From positions 32,001-96,000 of the forward strand of contig CAXXWC010000018.1 in assembly GCA_963668645.2 (NCBI GenBank): a stretch of DNA of 64,000 nucleotides, written 5' to 3'. The number at the start of each line of letters is the position of its first letter. The first letter of the stretch is position 1. Made by a program: the position numbers and the translations under genes. The stretch is from Desulfobacterales bacterium. GTDB taxonomy: Bacteria > Desulfobacterota > Desulfobacteria > Desulfobacterales > UBA2174. Below, piece by piece: positions 53,659-63,529 of the stretch. The notes beneath the pieces are model-generated. The model saw nothing but the letters and a program-made list of their open reading frames with translations, had not been told where the DNA came from and made no database searches.

Positions 53659-55248
53659 TTGACACCGATGCGCGTGCTGGTCAGTGATAATCTGGATCCC
53701 AGCGGAATCGAATTGATGGCGGCTGAAGAGGCGATCCAGGTCGATGTGAAAACCGGACTGGCGCCCGAGGCGCTAAGGCAGATCATCGGCGAATACGATG
53801 CTCTGGCGATTCGCAGTGCCACTCGCGTGGACGCCGAGCTGCTTCAGGCGGCCACGCGGCTCAAGGTGGTGGGGCGGGCCGGGATCGGACTGGACAATGT
53901 CGATATCCCCGAGGCCACCCGGCGTGGCATCGTGGTGATGAACACCCCGGACGGCAACGTTGTCACCACCGCCGAGCATGCCATTGCCATGATGCTGGCC
54001 TTGACGCGCAACATCCCCAGGGGGACCGCCTCGCTCAAGGCGGGAAACTGGGACAAAAAGCGCCTTCAGGGCCGGGAACTCTTCCATAAAGTGGTGGGTG
54101 TCGTGGGCTACGGCAAGATCGGTTCCATCGTGGCCGACCGCGCCCGGGGGCTTAAAATGCGGGTGGTGGTGCACGATCCGTACGTTCAGCCCGAGCGGAT
54201 CGAAAAGGACGGCTTCGAGGCGGTTTCCTTCGAGCAACTGCTTTCGCGGGCCGACTATATCACCATCCATGTGCCCAAGCTCAAAGACACTTCGGGCATG
54301 ATCGACGCGGCCGCCTTTGCCCGGATGAAGGACGGCGTGATGCTGATCAACTGCGCCCGGGGCGGAATCGTCAATGAGGATGATCTGCTGGCGGCCCTGG
54401 AGGCCGGCAAGGTGGCCGGGGCGGCCCTGGATGTTTTTGCGGTCGAACCTCCCGGTGCCAGTGCGCTGATCGCCCATGAACGGGTGATATGCACGCCCCA
54501 TCTGGGCGCTTCGACCAAGGAGGCCCAAACCAACGTGGCGGTGGCCGTGGCCCGCCAGATCGTGGCTTTTCTCAAAGACGGCACCATCCTGAATGCGGTC
54601 AACGTGCCTTCGGTGACCGGCGACCTGCTCGTCAAACTCCAACCCCTGCTCTCGATGGGCGAGCAGATCGGCCGGCTCCAGGCCCAGTTGATTGACGGCC
54701 CGTTGACAGAGGTGGCCATAGAGTACGCCGGCGATTTTCCCGGACTGGACCTGGCCCCGGTGACCACCGCGGTGCTCAAGGGGATGCTCACCCGGGAGGT
54801 AAAGGACGATGTGAACTACGTCAACGCGCCGGTGCTGGCCAAAAACCGGGGGATCCGGGTAACCGAGACCACCAGCAACGCTTCGGAAGAATACCTTAAC
54901 CTGGTGAGGGTGCGGGTGGCGACTACCGAAATGACCAGCACCGTGGCCGGAACGGTATTCGGCAAGCGCGACAGCCGGATTGTGCGCATCAATAATTTCC
55001 GCCTCGAGATGATTCCCGAAGGCCATCTGGCCCTGATCTACAACATCGACAAGCCCGGCTCCATCGGTCAGATCGGTTCGACCCTCGGCCGCCGCGGGAT
55101 CAATATCGGACGCATGCAAGTCGGCCAAGAGCAAGGCGGTGACCGCAACATCATCTTTCTGACCACCGATACGCCGATTCCGCCGTCCGTGCTGGCGGAA
55201 CTCAACAGCCTATCGCTGGTCAAAAGCGCCATTGCGCTGGAGTTTTGA
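53659..55248 (+). CDS. serA: D-3-phosphoglycerate dehydrogenase (long form with ASB and ACT domains)
   Basis: RAGIGLDNVD; NVVTTAEH; GYGKIG; INCARGG; TPHLGAST; DKPG ACT. Start TTG 53659 or ATG 53668. Confidence 0.95.
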   Translation: MTPMRVLVSDNLDPSGIELMAAEEAIQVDVKTGLAPEALRQIIGEYDALAIRSATRVDAELLQAATRLKVVGRAGIGLDNVDIPEATRRGIVVMNTPDGNVVTTAEHAIAMMLALTRNIPRGTASLKAGNWDKKRLQGRELFHKVVGVVGYGKIGSIVADRARGLKMRVVVHDPYVQPERIEKDGFEAVSFEQLLSRADYITIHVPKLKDTSGMIDAAAFARMKDGVMLINCARGGIVNEDDLLAALEAGKVAGAALDVFAVEPPGASALIAHERVICTPHLGASTKEAQTNVAVAVARQIVAFLKDGTILNAVNVPSVTGDLLVKLQPLLSMGEQIGRLQAQLIDGPLTEVAIEYAGDFPGLDLAPVTTAVLKGMLTREVKDDVNYVNAPVLAKNRGIRVTETTSNASEEYLNLVRVRVATTEMTSTVAGTVFGKRDSRIVRINNFRLEMIPEGHLALIYNIDKPGSIGQIGSTLGRRGINIGRMQVGQEQGGDRNIIFLTTDTPIPPSVLAELNSLSLVKSAIALEF

Positions 55249-55294
55249 CCACGCCGCCGCAGCGAGCCGAGCGGCATCCACAGGAGAGCGCGCC

Positions 55295-55624
55295 ATGACC
55301 GACCCGAAGAAGTTCGTAATGCGTGAAGCCGAAGCGCCCTGCGGCGAGGGGAAAAAGCGCGGGGCCGATGGGATCTGCATGCCGGAGGTCAGTTTCTCGA
55401 CCTTTGTGCTGTCGCTGAATGCATCCGCCCTGGTGCATCTCGGTGTGCTGGAGAATCCGGAAACCGGACAAAAACAGCAGAACCTGGCCATGGGGAAACA
55501 AACCATTGACATTCTAGGGCTCCTCGAAGAAAAAACCCGCGGCAATCTGACCGCGGATGAGGAGGGGCTGCTTAAAAACCTGCTCTATGATCTGCGCCTG
55601 ATTTATGTGCGCGAAAAACGCTGA
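55295..55624 (+). CDS. DUF1844-family protein
   Basis: FSTFVLSL..SALVHLG..ENP; QTIDILGLLEEKTRGNL. Confidence 0.88.
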   Translation: MTDPKKFVMREAEAPCGEGKKRGADGICMPEVSFSTFVLSLNASALVHLGVLENPETGQKQQNLAMGKQTIDILGLLEEKTRGNLTADEEGLLKNLLYDLRLIYVREKR

Positions 55625-56480
55625 ACGGCCGCCTTATTACATTCGCGCACCAGCCAAGATCAATCTCCACCTGGCGGTAACCGGGCGGCGGGCGGACGGC
55701 TATCACGAAATCGTTTCACTGATGGCCGCCGTGAGCCTCTACGACGAATTATGGCTCGATCCGGCCGCCGGGCAAATCCGTATTGAATGCAGCACCCCGG
55801 AGGTTCCCCGGGACCAGAGCAACTTGGCCGCCAGGGCGGCCAGGGCTTTTTTCGAAGCTGCCGGCCTGCGGCCGGGGGTGGCGATCCGTATCGACAAACG
55901 GATTCCGGTGGGCGCCGGCCTCGGCGGCGGCAGCAGCGATGCGGCCGCCGTACTCACCGGGCTGAACCGCTATTTTGGCCGGCCGCTGGACTTGGCCCGA
56001 CTTCACCGGCTGGCCGCCGGTTTGGGTGCCGATGTCCCATTTTTCTTGTCCGCCCGGCCGGTCTTGGCCACGGGGATCGGGGATCGATTGTGCCGCTATG
56101 GGGGATTGGCCCCCATGCGGGTTCTGATCGTTTTCCCGGGGGTCGCGGTGTCGACGGCCAGGGTCTACGGTGCCGTCAGATTGCGATTGACAGCTTGTGG
56201 AAAAAAATCTAAGGTTTCCGCTTTGAAGGCACAGCCCTTCGATGTCAAGCGTCATCTTTGCAATGATTTAGAACCAGTGGCCGCTGCCATGTGTCCGGAA
56301 ATTACCGAGGCCAAGGCTGCGCTTTTGGCGCAGGGGGCCGACGGCGCTCTGATGACGGGCAGTGGATCGGCCGTCTTCGGGCTTTTCAAAGAGGCGGACA
56401 AAGCCGTGCGGGCCGCTCGGGTTATCGCTGAATGCGGTTCCAGGAAGTGGCGGATTTTTGATGCGGATTTGATCCTTTGA
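55605..56480 (+). CDS. ispE: 4-diphosphocytidyl-2-C-methyl-D-erythritol kinase
   Basis: APAKINLHL; DGYHEI; KRIPVGAGLGGGSSDAA; GADVPFF; MTGSGS. Confidence 0.96.
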   Translation: MCAKNAERPPYYIRAPAKINLHLAVTGRRADGYHEIVSLMAAVSLYDELWLDPAAGQIRIECSTPEVPRDQSNLAARAARAFFEAAGLRPGVAIRIDKRIPVGAGLGGGSSDAAAVLTGLNRYFGRPLDLARLHRLAAGLGADVPFFLSARPVLATGIGDRLCRYGGLAPMRVLIVFPGVAVSTARVYGAVRLRLTACGKKSKVSALKAQPFDVKRHLCNDLEPVAAAMCPEITEAKAALLAQGADGALMTGSGSAVFGLFKEADKAVRAARVIAECGSRKWRIFDADLIL

Positions 56481-56540
56481 TGGATCGACAACGGGTCGTT
56501 TCAAGGGATCCGTTGCATTTTACCGGGTATGCAGATTGCT

Positions 56541-56615
56541 TGGGGCGTCGTCAAGCGGTAAGACACAGGATTTTGGTTCCTGCATTCGGAGGTTCGAATC
56601 CTCCCGCCCCAGCCA
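56541..56615 (+). tRNA. tRNA-Gln (TTG)
   Basis: TGGGGCG/CGCCCCA acceptor stem; anticodon arm CAGGA-TTTTGGT-TCCTG; GGTTCGAATCC; encoded CCA; usual position between ispE and prs. Confidence 0.97.
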
Positions 56616-56656
56616 CTCGCAATGATTGCGGCCGGTCTGCCACCCGTGGAGTCGAC

Positions 56657-57607
56657 ATGGATGACAAGGTAAAGGATTTCGTCATTTTTGCCGGAAATTC
56701 GAATCCGGCGTTGGCCCAACGAATTTGCGATTACCTTGGGGTGAGCCTGGGCCAGGCCAAGGTCAAGACCTTCAGCGACGGCGAGATCCAGATCGAAATC
56801 AACGAGAACGTGCGCCTGAAGGACGTTTTCGTGATCCAGTCCACCTGCTGTCCGGTCAACGACAATCTGGTGGAACTCCTGTTGATGATCGACGCCTTCA
56901 AGCGCTCCTCGTGCCGGCGGATCCATGCCGTGATCCCCTATTACGGATACGCGCGACAGGATAAGAAAGTCGCTCCCCGGGTGCCGATCAGTGCCAAGCT
57001 GGTGGCCAACCTGATCACCCAGGCGGGGGCCAGCCGAATCATCAGCATGGACCTGCATGCCGGCCAGATCCAGGGCTTTTTCGATATTCCGGTGGATCAC
57101 CTCTTTGCCGCACCGGTGATTCTGGAGCACATCCGGACTCACTTTGACAGCAACCTGGTCATCGTTTCGCCGGACGCCGGCGGCGCCGAACGGGCCCGGG
57201 CTTATGCCAAGCGGCTCAACTGCTCCATGGCGGTGGTGGACAAACGGCGTGACCGGCCCAACGAATCGCGGGTCATGTCGGTGATCGGCGAGGTAGACGG
57301 CAAGCACGCCGTGATTCTTGACGACATGGTCGACACGGCCGGAACCCTTACCGGTGCGGCCCAGGCCTTGATGGACAAGGGGGCAGAGGCGGTCTATGCT
57401 TGCTGCAGCCATCCGGTTTTATCCGGACCGGCCCTTGAGCGTATCCAGGCGTCCCCCATACGCCAGGTGATTGTGACCGATACGATCCCGCTGAGTGATC
57501 AGGCCGTGGCGACCGGACGTTTCAAAGTTCTTTCGGTGGCGGCGCTGATGGGCGAAGCCATTGTGCGCAGCGTCACCGGTGACTCGGTGACTTCGCTTTT
57601 TGTTTAA
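56657..57607 (+). CDS. prs: Ribose-phosphate pyrophosphokinase
   Basis: FSDGEI; PYYGYARQDKK; DLHAGQIQGFF; VSPDAGG; DDMVDTAGT. Confidence 0.97.
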   Translation: MDDKVKDFVIFAGNSNPALAQRICDYLGVSLGQAKVKTFSDGEIQIEINENVRLKDVFVIQSTCCPVNDNLVELLLMIDAFKRSSCRRIHAVIPYYGYARQDKKVAPRVPISAKLVANLITQAGASRIISMDLHAGQIQGFFDIPVDHLFAAPVILEHIRTHFDSNLVIVSPDAGGAERARAYAKRLNCSMAVVDKRRDRPNESRVMSVIGEVDGKHAVILDDMVDTAGTLTGAAQALMDKGAEAVYACCSHPVLSGPALERIQASPIRQVIVTDTIPLSDQAVATGRFKVLSVAALMGEAIVRSVTGDSVTSLFV

Positions 57608-57648
57608 ATGCGATTGATTAAAGTTCGACCCTCAAGGAGGAACACGTT

Positions 57649-58269
57649 TTGGACTTCATTTCCCTGTCAACCCAACCCCGCGTCCAGAAAGGCAAGGGGG
57701 CGGCCAGAACCCTGCGCCGGGAGGGACGTATCCCGGCGGTGCTCTACGGACCGAACACGGCTCCGATCATGCTTTCGGTCAACCTGACCGAAATGGAAAA
57801 TGCACTCAAGAAACGTACGGCTTCCCTGGCCGTTTTTAAACTGGCGGTGGATGACCCCGATCGGCCCGACCGGCCGGCCATGCTCAAGGAACTGCAGGAT
57901 GATCCGGTCACCGGTCGATTCATTCATGCCGATTTTTATCAGATTGACGAAGCGCACAAGGTGCATGTGCGCGTACCGGTGGTCACCGTTGGCAAGTGCA
58001 AGGGCGTCGAGTTGGGCGGTATGCTTCAAGTCATTCGCCGCCAGCTGGAAGTCCTCTGCCTGCCGCAAAGCATACCCCAGAAGATCGAGATCGATATCAG
58101 CGAGCTGGGGGTTGGTGAAGCGGTGCATGTGGCCGATATCCAAGCCGGTTCGGGGGTCGAAATTCCCCACGATGTCAATTTTACCGTCGTGACCGTCCTG
58201 AGTACCCGCAAGACAGAAGGTGACGCCGGCGAGGAAGAAGAAGGCGCCGAGGCGGAGGAAGAGGCCTGA
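57649..58269 (+). CDS. rplY: 50S ribosomal protein L25/Ctc
   Basis: GKGAARTLRREGRIPAVLYG; HADF; GVELGG; acidic tail; AAGGAGG RBS with TTG start. Confidence 0.95.
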   Translation: MDFISLSTQPRVQKGKGAARTLRREGRIPAVLYGPNTAPIMLSVNLTEMENALKKRTASLAVFKLAVDDPDRPDRPAMLKELQDDPVTGRFIHADFYQIDEAHKVHVRVPVVTVGKCKGVELGGMLQVIRRQLEVLCLPQSIPQKIEIDISELGVGEAVHVADIQAGSGVEIPHDVNFTVVTVLSTRKTEGDAGEEEEGAEAEEEA

Positions 58270-58316
58270 CGGAAGCTCCGGGCGCCGCGAGCGCAGGCAG
58301 GGAGTCTTTCCTGGTC

Positions 58317-58874
58317 GTGGGCCTTGGCAATCCGGGGGAGACTTACAGCCATACGCGGCACAACGTCGGTTTCCAGGTCGTGTCGGTTTTGGCCGCGACA
58401 GCCCGGATCCGCCTTGCTTCCACAGACGCGGATCGACGTTGGGGGCGGGGGCGTCTCGCCGGCCGATCCGTCGTTCTGGTTCAACCCCTGGCTTACATGA
58501 ACCGCAGTGGACCGCCGGTCCACCGCTTGATGGAAGAGCTGGAGATTGGCCGCAGGGAGATGCTCGTCGTTCACGACGACATCGACTTGGCGTTGGGCAG
58601 ATTAAAAATCAAAGAGAAAGGGGGCGATGGGGGACACAGAGGGATTCGATCGTTGATGGATGCCTTGGGCGACGGTGATTTTTGCCGGCTGCGCATCGGC
58701 ATCGGGCGGCCGCCCCCGGGAACCGATGTGGCAGACCATGTGCTGGCAGATTTTACTTCCCAAGAGACTGCCATCATGGATGCCGCCATCGAGCGGGCCT
58801 GCGAGGCGGTGGCCAGCGTTCTGGTCGACGGCGCCAGAGCGGCGATGAACAGATTCAACATCCGCGAACCGTAA
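58317..58874 (+). CDS. pth: Peptidyl-tRNA hydrolase (true start probably upstream)
   Basis: GLGNPG; TRHNVGF; YMNRSG; HDDID; GGHRG; RLRIGIGRP. Confidence 0.95.
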   Translation: MGLGNPGETYSHTRHNVGFQVVSVLAATARIRLASTDADRRWGRGRLAGRSVVLVQPLAYMNRSGPPVHRLMEELEIGRREMLVVHDDIDLALGRLKIKEKGGDGGHRGIRSLMDALGDGDFCRLRIGIGRPPPGTDVADHVLADFTSQETAIMDAAIERACEAVASVLVDGARAAMNRFNIREP

Positions 58875-58901
58875 TTCTAGCCAAGGGATATGGAGGAAAG
58901 A

Positions 58902-60911
58902 ATGGACGTTGTAATGAACAACATACCGCTGATTTGTACGTTGGTCGGGGTTGTTGGGGTTGCCTTCGCGATTATCCTCGCCGGTATCGTCAAGGGCGCA
59001 CCTGCAGGAAACGAGAAGATGCAGGCCATCGCCGGCGCTATCCAGGAAGGTGCCATTGCCTACCTGAACCGGCAGCTCAAAAGCATGGGAATCGCCGGTA
59101 TCATCATTTTTGGTGTTATTTTTGCCACCATGGGGTCCAAGACCGCCATCGGGTTCATGATTGGCGCCGTCGCCTCGTTCATGGCCGGCTACATCGGCAT
59201 GCGGGTCTCCGTGCTGGCCAACGTGCGCACGGCTGAAGCGGCCAGAAAAGGCATGTCTGCCGGCCTTTCCATGGCCTTCAAGGGCGGCAGTGTGACCGGC
59301 ATGATCGTTGCCGGACTAGCCCTGACGTCCGTGGCCGGGTACTACACCGCCACCCATGACGTCATCGCCCTGGTCGCCCTCGGTTTCGGTGGCAGCCTGA
59401 TCTCCATCTTCGCCCGTCTGGGTGGTGGTATCTTCACCAAAGGGGCCGATGTGGGTGCCGACCTGGTGGGCAAGGTCGAAGCCGGGATTCCCGAGGACGA
59501 CCCCAGAAATCCGGCCACCATCGCCGACAACGTGGGCGACAACGTGGGTGACTGTGCCGGTATGGCCGCCGACCTGTTCGAGACCTATGCCGTTACCGCC
59601 GTGGCCGCCATGCTCATCGGCCACCTGCTGTTCCCCAAGGTGCCGATGGCGACGGAGTTCCCGCTGATTCTCGGCGCCATCTCCATCATCGCCTCAATGA
59701 TCGCCGTGTTCTTTGTCCGTCTGGGCAGCGGCGGCTACATCATGGGCGCCCTCTATAAAGGCATGTTCGGCGCCGCTATCATCGCTGCCGTCGCCTTTTT
59801 CTATGCCTGCACGAAGTATATGGGGAATCTGGGCACCATTTCCGCAATGCATATTTACTACTGCACCCTGATCGGTCTGGTGCTGACCGTGGTGATCGTT
59901 ATCATCACCGAATACTACACCGGCATCTACGGCCCGGTAAAAAGCATTGCCGAGGCCTCGACCACCGGCCACGGCACCAACATCATCGCCGGTCTGGCTG
60001 TCTCCATGCAGGCCACTGCACTGCCGGTCCTGGCCATCTGTCTGGCCATCCTGCTGGCTTTTAAATTCGCCGGCCTCTACGGCATCGCCATGGCCGCCAT
60101 GTCCATGCTCTCCATGACCGGTATGGTCATCGCCATCGATGCCTACGGCCCGATCACCGACAACGCCGGTGGTATCGCTGAAATGGCCGAGATGGACGAG
60201 AGCGTGCGCGCCGTCACCGATCCGCTGGATGCCGTCGGTAACACCACCAAGGCCGTTACCAAAGGCTACGCCATCGGTTCCGCCGGTCTGGCCGCCCTGG
60301 TGCTGTTCGCTGCCTACGTCATGGAATTCCAGATGCAGGGCGCCGAAAAAGCGATTAAATTCGATCTTTCCGATGTCAACGTCATCGTCGGTTTGTTCAT
60401 CGGCGGCCTGCTGCCCTACCTGTTCGCCTCGATCGCCATGAAGGCTGTCGGAAACGCCGGCGGCGCGGTCGTCGAGGAAGTCCGTCGCCAGTTCCGCGAA
60501 ATTCCGGGCATCATGGAAGGAACCGCGAAACCGGATTACGGTGCATGCGTAGACATCGTCACCAAGTTCGCCCTGAAAGAGATGCTGGTCCCGGCGCTGC
60601 TGCCCGTGGTCGCGCCTCTGCTGGTGGGCTTCCTGCTTGGCAAAATCGCCCTGGGCGGCCTGCTGATCGGCTCCATCGTTACCGGTGTGTTCGTGGCCCT
60701 GTCCATGACCACCGGCGGCGCTGCCTGGGACAATGCCAAGAAGTACATCGAGGACGGCCACCTGGGCGGCAAGGGCTCCGATGCCCACAAGGCCGCGGTC
60801 ACCGGCGACACCGTAGGCGACCCGTACAAGGATACGGCCGGCCCGGCGGTCAACCCGATGATCAAGATCCTCAACGTGGTGGCCCTGCTCATGGTGCCCT
60901 TCCTGCTGTAA
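58902..60911 (+). CDS. hppA: Membrane-integral pyrophosphatase, K+-independent H+-pumping type
   Basis: [45 protein letters not shown] (Lys form); [10 protein letters not shown]. Confidence 0.95.
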   Translation: MDVVMNNIPLICTLVGVVGVAFAIILAGIVKGAPAGNEKMQAIAGAIQEGAIAYLNRQLKSMGIAGIIIFGVIFATMGSKTAIGFMIGAVASFMAGYIGMRVSVLANVRTAEAARKGMSAGLSMAFKGGSVTGMIVAGLALTSVAGYYTATHDVIALVALGFGGSLISIFARLGGGIFTKGADVGADLVGKVEAGIPEDDPRNPATIADNVGDNVGDCAGMAADLFETYAVTAVAAMLIGHLLFPKVPMATEFPLILGAISIIASMIAVFFVRLGSGGYIMGALYKGMFGAAIIAAVAFFYACTKYMGNLGTISAMHIYYCTLIGLVLTVVIVIITEYYTGIYGPVKSIAEASTTGHGTNIIAGLAVSMQATALPVLAICLAILLAFKFAGLYGIAMAAMSMLSMTGMVIAIDAYGPITDNAGGIAEMAEMDESVRAVTDPLDAVGNTTKAVTKGYAIGSAGLAALVLFAAYVMEFQMQGAEKAIKFDLSDVNVIVGLFIGGLLPYLFASIAMKAVGNAGGAVVEEVRRQFREIPGIMEGTAKPDYGACVDIVTKFALKEMLVPALLPVVAPLLVGFLLGKIALGGLLIGSIVTGVFVALSMTTGGAAWDNAKKYIEDGHLGGKGSDAHKAAVTGDTVGDPYKDTAGPAVNPMIKILNVVALLMVPFLL

Positions 60912-60941
60912 GCTCTTCAGCAGCCACGTAGTCCGATGCAG

Positions 60942-60983
60942 AAAAAGGATTGGCGTGCCATAGTGGTGCGCCAATCCTTTTTT
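60942..60983 (+). terminator. Rho-independent terminator after hppA
   Basis: AAAAAGGATTGGCG..CGCCAATCCTTTTTT. Confidence 0.9.
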
Positions 60984-61190
60984 ATTGATCCGTTTTTGCG
61001 CCCATGGTATAAAATTTAATAAATCTGATTCCTTTTGGCGTTGCAGCGGTCCGCTTTGAAGAAATTGACATGAATTTTGCTTGCCGTTCATGAGCTGTTG
61101 CGGCGTTTACATATTTCTGCCAACCCGGGAATCGCCTCCGTACCGCCGCCAGCAGCGCTACACCGACGCGGCGTTTCTTTGGTGGGTATC

Positions 61191-61763
61191 ATGGAAAATA
61201 AAAGCATAAATATCAAATCGAACGCCAAGGCCAAAACAGGTCGGTTTCGTATTGGCGACCTGGCGGTTTATCCGGCCCATGGGGTCGGGCGCATCGAAGC
61301 CATCGAAAGTCGCGAGGTAAACGGTGAGGCTCATGATTTTTACATCATGAAGGTGCTCGAAAACGACATGGTGATCATGATTCCCACCTGGAATGTCGAC
61401 TCGGTGGGGTTGCGCGACATCATCAACAAAAAGGATATTCCCAAGGTTTACGCAGTCATGCAGCAAAAGCAGGACGACGCCCTGGGAGAAGGGCAGACCT
61501 GGAACCGGCGTTATCGGGAATACATGGAGAAGATCAAGACCGGATCGCTCTTTGATGTGGCCGAGGTTTTTCGTGATCTCTCCCTGCTCAAGACCACCAA
61601 GGACCTTTCCTTCGGCGAACGCAAGCTCTACGATACGGCCCAGACCCTGCTGGTCAAGGAACTCTCCACCGCCCGCCAGACCGACGAGGCCACCATCGCC
61701 GCCGAATTGGAAGGGCTTTTTGTCCAGCCCAAAGAGGCTTCCTCCACCATGGAAGCCGGCTGA
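61191..61763 (+). CDS. carD: CarD/CdnL-family RNA polymerase-binding regulator
   Basis: FRIGDLAVYPAHGVG; VGLR; WNRRYRE; LSFGERK. Confidence 0.93.
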   Translation: MENKSINIKSNAKAKTGRFRIGDLAVYPAHGVGRIEAIESREVNGEAHDFYIMKVLENDMVIMIPTWNVDSVGLRDIINKKDIPKVYAVMQQKQDDALGEGQTWNRRYREYMEKIKTGSLFDVAEVFRDLSLLKTTKDLSFGERKLYDTAQTLLVKELSTARQTDEATIAAELEGLFVQPKEASSTMEAG

Positions 61764-61778
61764 GCCACCGCCCAATCA

Positions 61779-62717
61779 ATGGTGCAAGACGCTTTTGGCT
61801 TTACCGTGACCGTCACCGAAGAAGGTTGCCGGCTGGATCGTTATCTTTGCGACCATCTGCCTGCCTGTTCGCGGACTTTTGCCGCCCACTTGATCCGCAA
61901 CGGCCATGTGAGCGTCAACCACCGTCCCGCCAAGCCCAGCACCCGCCTTCATTGGGGGGATCTGATCAGCGGCACAATCCCTGCGCCTGCTCCCCTGCGC
62001 TTGTTGCCCGAACCGATTCCCCTGGACATCTTGTACGAGGATCGGCATATCATCGCCGTCAACAAGCCTCTGGTGGTCCACCCGGCACCGGGACATTTCC
62101 AGGGGACGCTGGTCAACGCCCTGTTGCATCACTGCCCGGATCTGCAACCCATCGGCGGGGAGATCCGGCCGGGCATCGTCCATCGTCTCGACAAGGATAC
62201 CTCAGGGGTGTTGCTGGCCGCCAAGCACCGGGATGCTCTGGAACGCCTTGCGGTTCAGTTCAGACAGCGCGAGGTTACCAAAGTCTACCTGGCTTTGGTG
62301 CGAGGGGTGTTTGATGCGGACAGAGGGCGCATCGAATGGCCCATCGGCAGGCACCCGACGGCCCGCAAGAAGATGTCGATTCAAAGCCGACGACCCAGAG
62401 CGGCGGTCACCACCTGGCGGGTCCGCCGCCGTTTCCACGGCGCGAGTCTGTTGGAGGTGAACCTGGAGACCGGGCGGACGCATCAGATACGGGTTCACTG
62501 CGCGGCCATGGGGCATCCGGTGTTGGGCGATGCGGTCTATGGCAATCCGGTACGGGATCGGCAGGTGGCAGGGATGCCGGTGGAACGCCAGATGCTGCAC
62601 GCCTGGCGTTTGAGCCTGGTCCATCCGGCCAAGGCTGCGACCATGGTCTTCCAGGCCTCCCTGCCGGCGGACCTGCAAGCCCTTGTGGATGCTCTTGAAG
62701 CCGGTGGAGTCCGTTAG
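61779..62717 (+). CDS. rluD: RluA-family pseudouridine synthase with an S4 domain (RluD-like)
   Basis: RLDRYL; ILYED; RPGIVHRLDKDTSG; LETGRTHQIRVH; GD.VYG; QMLHA. Confidence 0.9.
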   Translation: MVQDAFGFTVTVTEEGCRLDRYLCDHLPACSRTFAAHLIRNGHVSVNHRPAKPSTRLHWGDLISGTIPAPAPLRLLPEPIPLDILYEDRHIIAVNKPLVVHPAPGHFQGTLVNALLHHCPDLQPIGGEIRPGIVHRLDKDTSGVLLAAKHRDALERLAVQFRQREVTKVYLALVRGVFDADRGRIEWPIGRHPTARKKMSIQSRRPRAAVTTWRVRRRFHGASLLEVNLETGRTHQIRVHCAAMGHPVLGDAVYGNPVRDRQVAGMPVERQMLHAWRLSLVHPAKAATMVFQASLPADLQALVDALEAGGVR

Positions 62718-62940
62718 CGTCTTTTCTATTCCGGACGATATGGCAAGTCCCGGCTTTTCAGATCCCAAGCCGGGGCGGTCCGTACTGCAAAGCCAGCGGC
62801 AAGATCACGGCGCGATGCGTCTTTACGATGTGGCGTGATGAGATCGACTCTCGGAGAAGATCTTGGGAAATCACCGGGGAGCGTATCCGTGTATCTTGCC
62901 GGCTTTGCTCCCTGCCGCGTGCCGGGAGGGCGGCCGGGGA

Positions 62941-63513
62941 TCAAACCATGCCGCGGAAGGCGAAAAACGTCAAGGACAGCAGCCCGGCCGTCACCAGGGC
63001 GATGGATGTGTCCTGGAGCGGCCGCGGTACGCGAGCCAAAAGGATCCTTTCGCGCACGCCGGCAAAAAGGATCAGGGCCAGACCGAAGCCGACTGCATAG
63101 GCAAAGGAAGACACCAGGGTCTGCATGAAGGTGTATTCCTTGTCGATATTGATGATGCAAACGCCCAGCACGGCGCAGTTGGTGGTAATCAGGGGCAGGA
63201 AGATGCCCAGGCCGGCGTAAAGGGCCGGGATGCTCTTTTTAAGGAACATTTCCACGAACTGCACCAGGGATGCGATTACCAGGATGAAGGCGATGGTACG
63301 CAGGTAGACCAGGTCGTAAGGCACGAGCAGAAAGGTATAGGTCACCCAGGTGATCAGGCCGGCCAGCACGAGCACGAAGACCACGGCCATGGCCATCCCC
63401 ACGGCGGTTTCCATCTTCTTGGATGTTCCCAGGAAGGGACAATTGCCCAGAAACTGCGCCAGCAGGATGTTGTTGACGAAGATGCAACTGATGATCAGTT
63501 CCATATAGCCCAT
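62941..63513 (-). CDS. rnfA: Rnf complex subunit A
   Basis: NNILLAQFLGNCPFLG; VQFVEM; LGIFLPLITTNCAVLG. Confidence 0.92.
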   Translation of the reverse strand: MGYMELIISCIFVNNILLAQFLGNCPFLGTSKKMETAVGMAMAVVFVLVLAGLITWVTYTFLLVPYDLVYLRTIAFILVIASLVQFVEMFLKKSIPALYAGLGIFLPLITTNCAVLGVCIINIDKEYTFMQTLVSSFAYAVGFGLALILFAGVRERILLARVPRPLQDTSIALVTAGLLSLTFFAFRGMV

Positions 63514-63529
63514 GTGCGGCGCTCCTTTA

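Noticed and set aside
42365..61091. Long antisense ORFs (e.g. 42365-43930, 44805-46307, 53773-55134, 59694-61091)
   Set aside because: They are shadows of well-supported genes on the opposite strand, as expected in high-GC DNA.
62718..62940. rnfB remnant or small gene between rluD and rnfA
   Set aside because: No Cys motif or credible ORF; treated as a convergent intergenic region.
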